Shown here: piece by piece, positions 63,101 through 64,000 of the stretch
How the letters are laid out: each line of letters opens with the position of its first letter
Position numbering within the stretch: the stretch's first letter is position 1
From: an uncultured Bacillota bacterium
GTDB taxonomy: Bacteria > Bacillota > Dehalobacteriia > UBA7702
Direction of reading: 5' to 3'
DNA length: 64,000 bases
Assembly: GCA_902796855.1 (NCBI GenBank)
Contig: CADBQN010000036.1
Coordinates: 4,878 to 68,877, forward strand
Notes under the pieces: model-generated
Seen by the model: the letters and a program-made list of their open reading frames with translations, nothing else
Databases searched by the model: none
Told to the model about the DNA's origin: nothing
Made by a program: the position numbers and the translations under genes

Positions 63101-64000
63101 ATGATGAGTTCGCCGTCGACGTAGAGCCAGAAGTCATCGTCGCCGGTGAATTCAAAGATGATGTCGTGACCCCAGGCGTCCAGGCCGTTCGGCGTCTGGG
63201 TAAAGCTGGCTTCCAGCTCCGCGCCAAAGTAGCAGTCCGCCTTTACGCCGTCATATTCGATGGAATAGAGCCGCTCGTATTTGCGCGGGTCGCTGTCCGG
63301 TAGCTGCACGGCGGTGGCGGAATAGAGGTTCTTTCCGTTCGAAGCGGCGAAAGTGCCCGGTTTCAGGTCGTTAAAGGGGAAGAACTGACCGTGTTTCAGC
63401 GTCGGTTTGTTGCCGCCGGAATCGTAGGTGCCGAGCTCTTTGTAGACCGTGAAGTCCCCGCCTTTGGCGCCTTTCAGCGTCGCGAAGTTTTGCGTGCTGT
63501 CATATTCAAAATAGCCGGTCTCGCCGTAGGTGCTCTGGATGAACAGATGGTTCACTTCCTGAGCTTCCGCGTACAGCTTGCCCAAAGAACCGCCGGCCGC
63601 CGTGGGATATCCGTTCTTCAGGTCGGTGGAAAGCAGCCCCTGCTGGAGCGTGGTGCCCGCGCCGCCCACGTCATTGCCGAGGAAGTCGCTCATTTCCTTC
63701 CGGGTCTTAAAATCGATCAGTTTCATCGTGATGCCGTACTGTGTGTGATCGACCGTTTTGACCGTGGTTAGGGTATCATCCACGTTCAGATCCTGCATCA
63801 CGGCGAAGTAGAAGTCCATGGCCTCCGCTTTCGGACAGGTGACGATCTGTCCGTTCTCCACTTTGAGCCCCGTGTAGGAATAATTCTCTTCGTCCCAGGC
63901 CAGGATCGGGGAATAGTACTGTCCGTCGCGCCTGCCGTTCAGGTTGATGCCGATGGTCTCGTCCGAAAGGATCTGCCCCCCCGTGACCTGCGGCGCGATA
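60169..64000 (-). CDS. Very large sortase-anchored surface adhesin (PA14-like domain + multiple CnaB/prealbumin-like repeats + LPSSG sorting signal). It is 5'-partial: the frame is open to the window end.
   Basis: C-terminal ELPSSGGIGTTIFTILGSAMILGGGLLLIRKRAL (LPxTG-like motif, TM, basic tail). CnaB-like modules (YTLTETKTPQGYHGPE; GTYELREKETLTGYETLP; GTYHLLETEAPKGYLPK). PA14-like GDDDFWLYVDGELIIDLGG. I translated 63862-64000 in frame and found no stop. Confidence 0.85.
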   Translation of the reverse strand, partial: IAPQVTGGQILSDETIGINLNGRRDGQYYSPILAWDEENYSYTGLKVENGQIVTCPKAEAMDFYFAVMQDLNVDDTLTTVKTVDHTQYGITMKLIDFKTRKEMSDFLGNDVGGAGTTLQQGLLSTDLKNGYPTAAGGSLGKLYAEAQEVNHLFIQSTYGETGYFEYDSTQNFATLKGAKGGDFTVYKELGTYDSGGNKPTLKHGQFFPFNDLKPGTFAASNGKNLYSATAVQLPDSDPRKYERLYSIEYDGVKADCYFGAELEASFTQTPNGLDAWGHDIIFEFTGDDDFWLYVDGELIIDLGGIHSAAPGSVNFRTGDVYVNGNHTTLRELFESNYRGRNPKATDEEVAAYLGRFFDEGGTVFKDDTTHTMNIFYMERGAGASNLHMRFNLAAVKEGTVQLSKTLSGVDESGIMAEFPYQILYKRSEEEGAQEYYLTNAAADIPTQNDNYVFYKDTINPVEYEPSVTIDGTTYQDVFFLKPGETADISFPEGVTSYKIVECGVNTEIYNSVAVNGQTLTGSAVPGSDSRRDYGIDYTTTHIRPKVKYNNTVNPDALRTLTIKKQLYNEDGTTEILYPENDTEFSFRLYLASEFDALDVANMHTYHVKDPDGFYCRWDAANQKFVKIGEGISDYSSLSEDQKKSASFTTSIYGSITKIPTGFTAEVRNVLAGTQYRVEERPEEVPDGYSFQKYEGYDAVNAAVSERDDSGVPGVKGTVVSGKDAPVIVRNLKGWGLRVNKVWRDADYMSERDPVYFALFTKAADGSLTPVEGSVRQLASTANPPTLYWYYDHLPVAGTTGVEDYLIREVTLSAANPAIGDDGTVTDPGTVTPLAADSELTLNGTQKGEDTRSSFVYTVQYKEGKISSDSNVRVDTVTNDRPGIILKKQDWDGNAQQGAVFALADEKGNVLGTFTSDEEGLITTAFLSNDKEYTLTETKTPQGYHGPETAMKITLQNGEVTVTGPDEEYYTLAQANGTTLATMVIKNRPYTFRAVKQNGDTEEPLKGVKFALHRQVTVDSVTAIDLNPMPGYENLITDEDGLIPSLDNTLPPGTYELREKETLTGYETLPAYIQFTVSPIGAVTLGTHPDGVTLTGEPDADGTLEYVLTILNSQRKKVSFKKVDIADVSDSALAGAVFDLYRVSAEGGNETPALYTGLTSDENGLLKDGSGNAVFDLPPGTYHLLETEAPKGYLPKTEPVTITVTAADVTYNEGTTLSNNGRGKTYDPETKVYTLKISNNKGYELPSSGGIGTTIFTILGSAMILGGGLLLIRKRAL

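Noticed and set aside
1-64000. CRISPR arrays, rRNA/tRNA genes, and transposase/integrase/phage genes.
   Set aside because: No short, regularly spaced direct repeats, no rRNA-like or cloverleaf-like segments, and no ORF with transposase or recombinase motifs were seen. The only repeats present are coding tandem repeats (SLH, Ig-like).

Overview
This looks like a 64 kb chromosomal segment from a high-GC (about 60-65%) Gram-positive anaerobe, probably Clostridia (Oscillospirales-like). The genes fall into these groups:

- **Cell envelope:** three SLH-domain surface proteins, and a very large sortase-anchored (LPXTG-like) adhesin with a PA14 domain and CnaB repeats that runs off the 3' edge.
- **Ribosomal/transcription cluster:** rpmG-secE-nusG-rplK-rplA-rplJ-rplL with recognisable sigma70-like promoters, leader/attenuator hairpins and terminators. 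rplL is not followed by rpoBC.
- **Transport and regulation:** a MacB/FtsX-type ABC pair; two heterodimeric ABC exporters bracketed by MarR genes; a CPA2 antiporter; an SSS symporter; MFS and EamA transporters; ychF; hsp20; and TetR/MerR regulators.
- **Central metabolism:** the carA-carB operon, in which carB runs in frame into a complete dapF.

The most interesting locus is on the minus strand. A PAS-domain sigma54 enhancer-binding protein sits upstream of a textbook -24/-12 promoter (TGGCAC-N5-TTGCT) and a 23-bp perfect palindrome. The promoter drives a pyrrolysine-free MttB-superfamily (quaternary amine:corrinoid) methyltransferase, followed by MFS and BCCT transporters, a D-2-hydroxyacid dehydrogenase and an EamA exporter. 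No cognate corrinoid protein, corrinoid:THF methyltransferase or reductive activase is present in the window.

A second notable island comprises an FAD oxidoreductase, an HTH-cupin regulator fused in frame to an AMP-forming acyl-CoA synthetase, a P-loop NTPase, a four-subunit 2-oxoacid:ferredoxin oxidoreductase (korDABC/vor-like) and an amidohydrolase.

Several long antisense ORFs (up to 1375 aa) in the ORF track are GC-driven artefacts. No rRNA, tRNA, CRISPR or mobile element was recognised.
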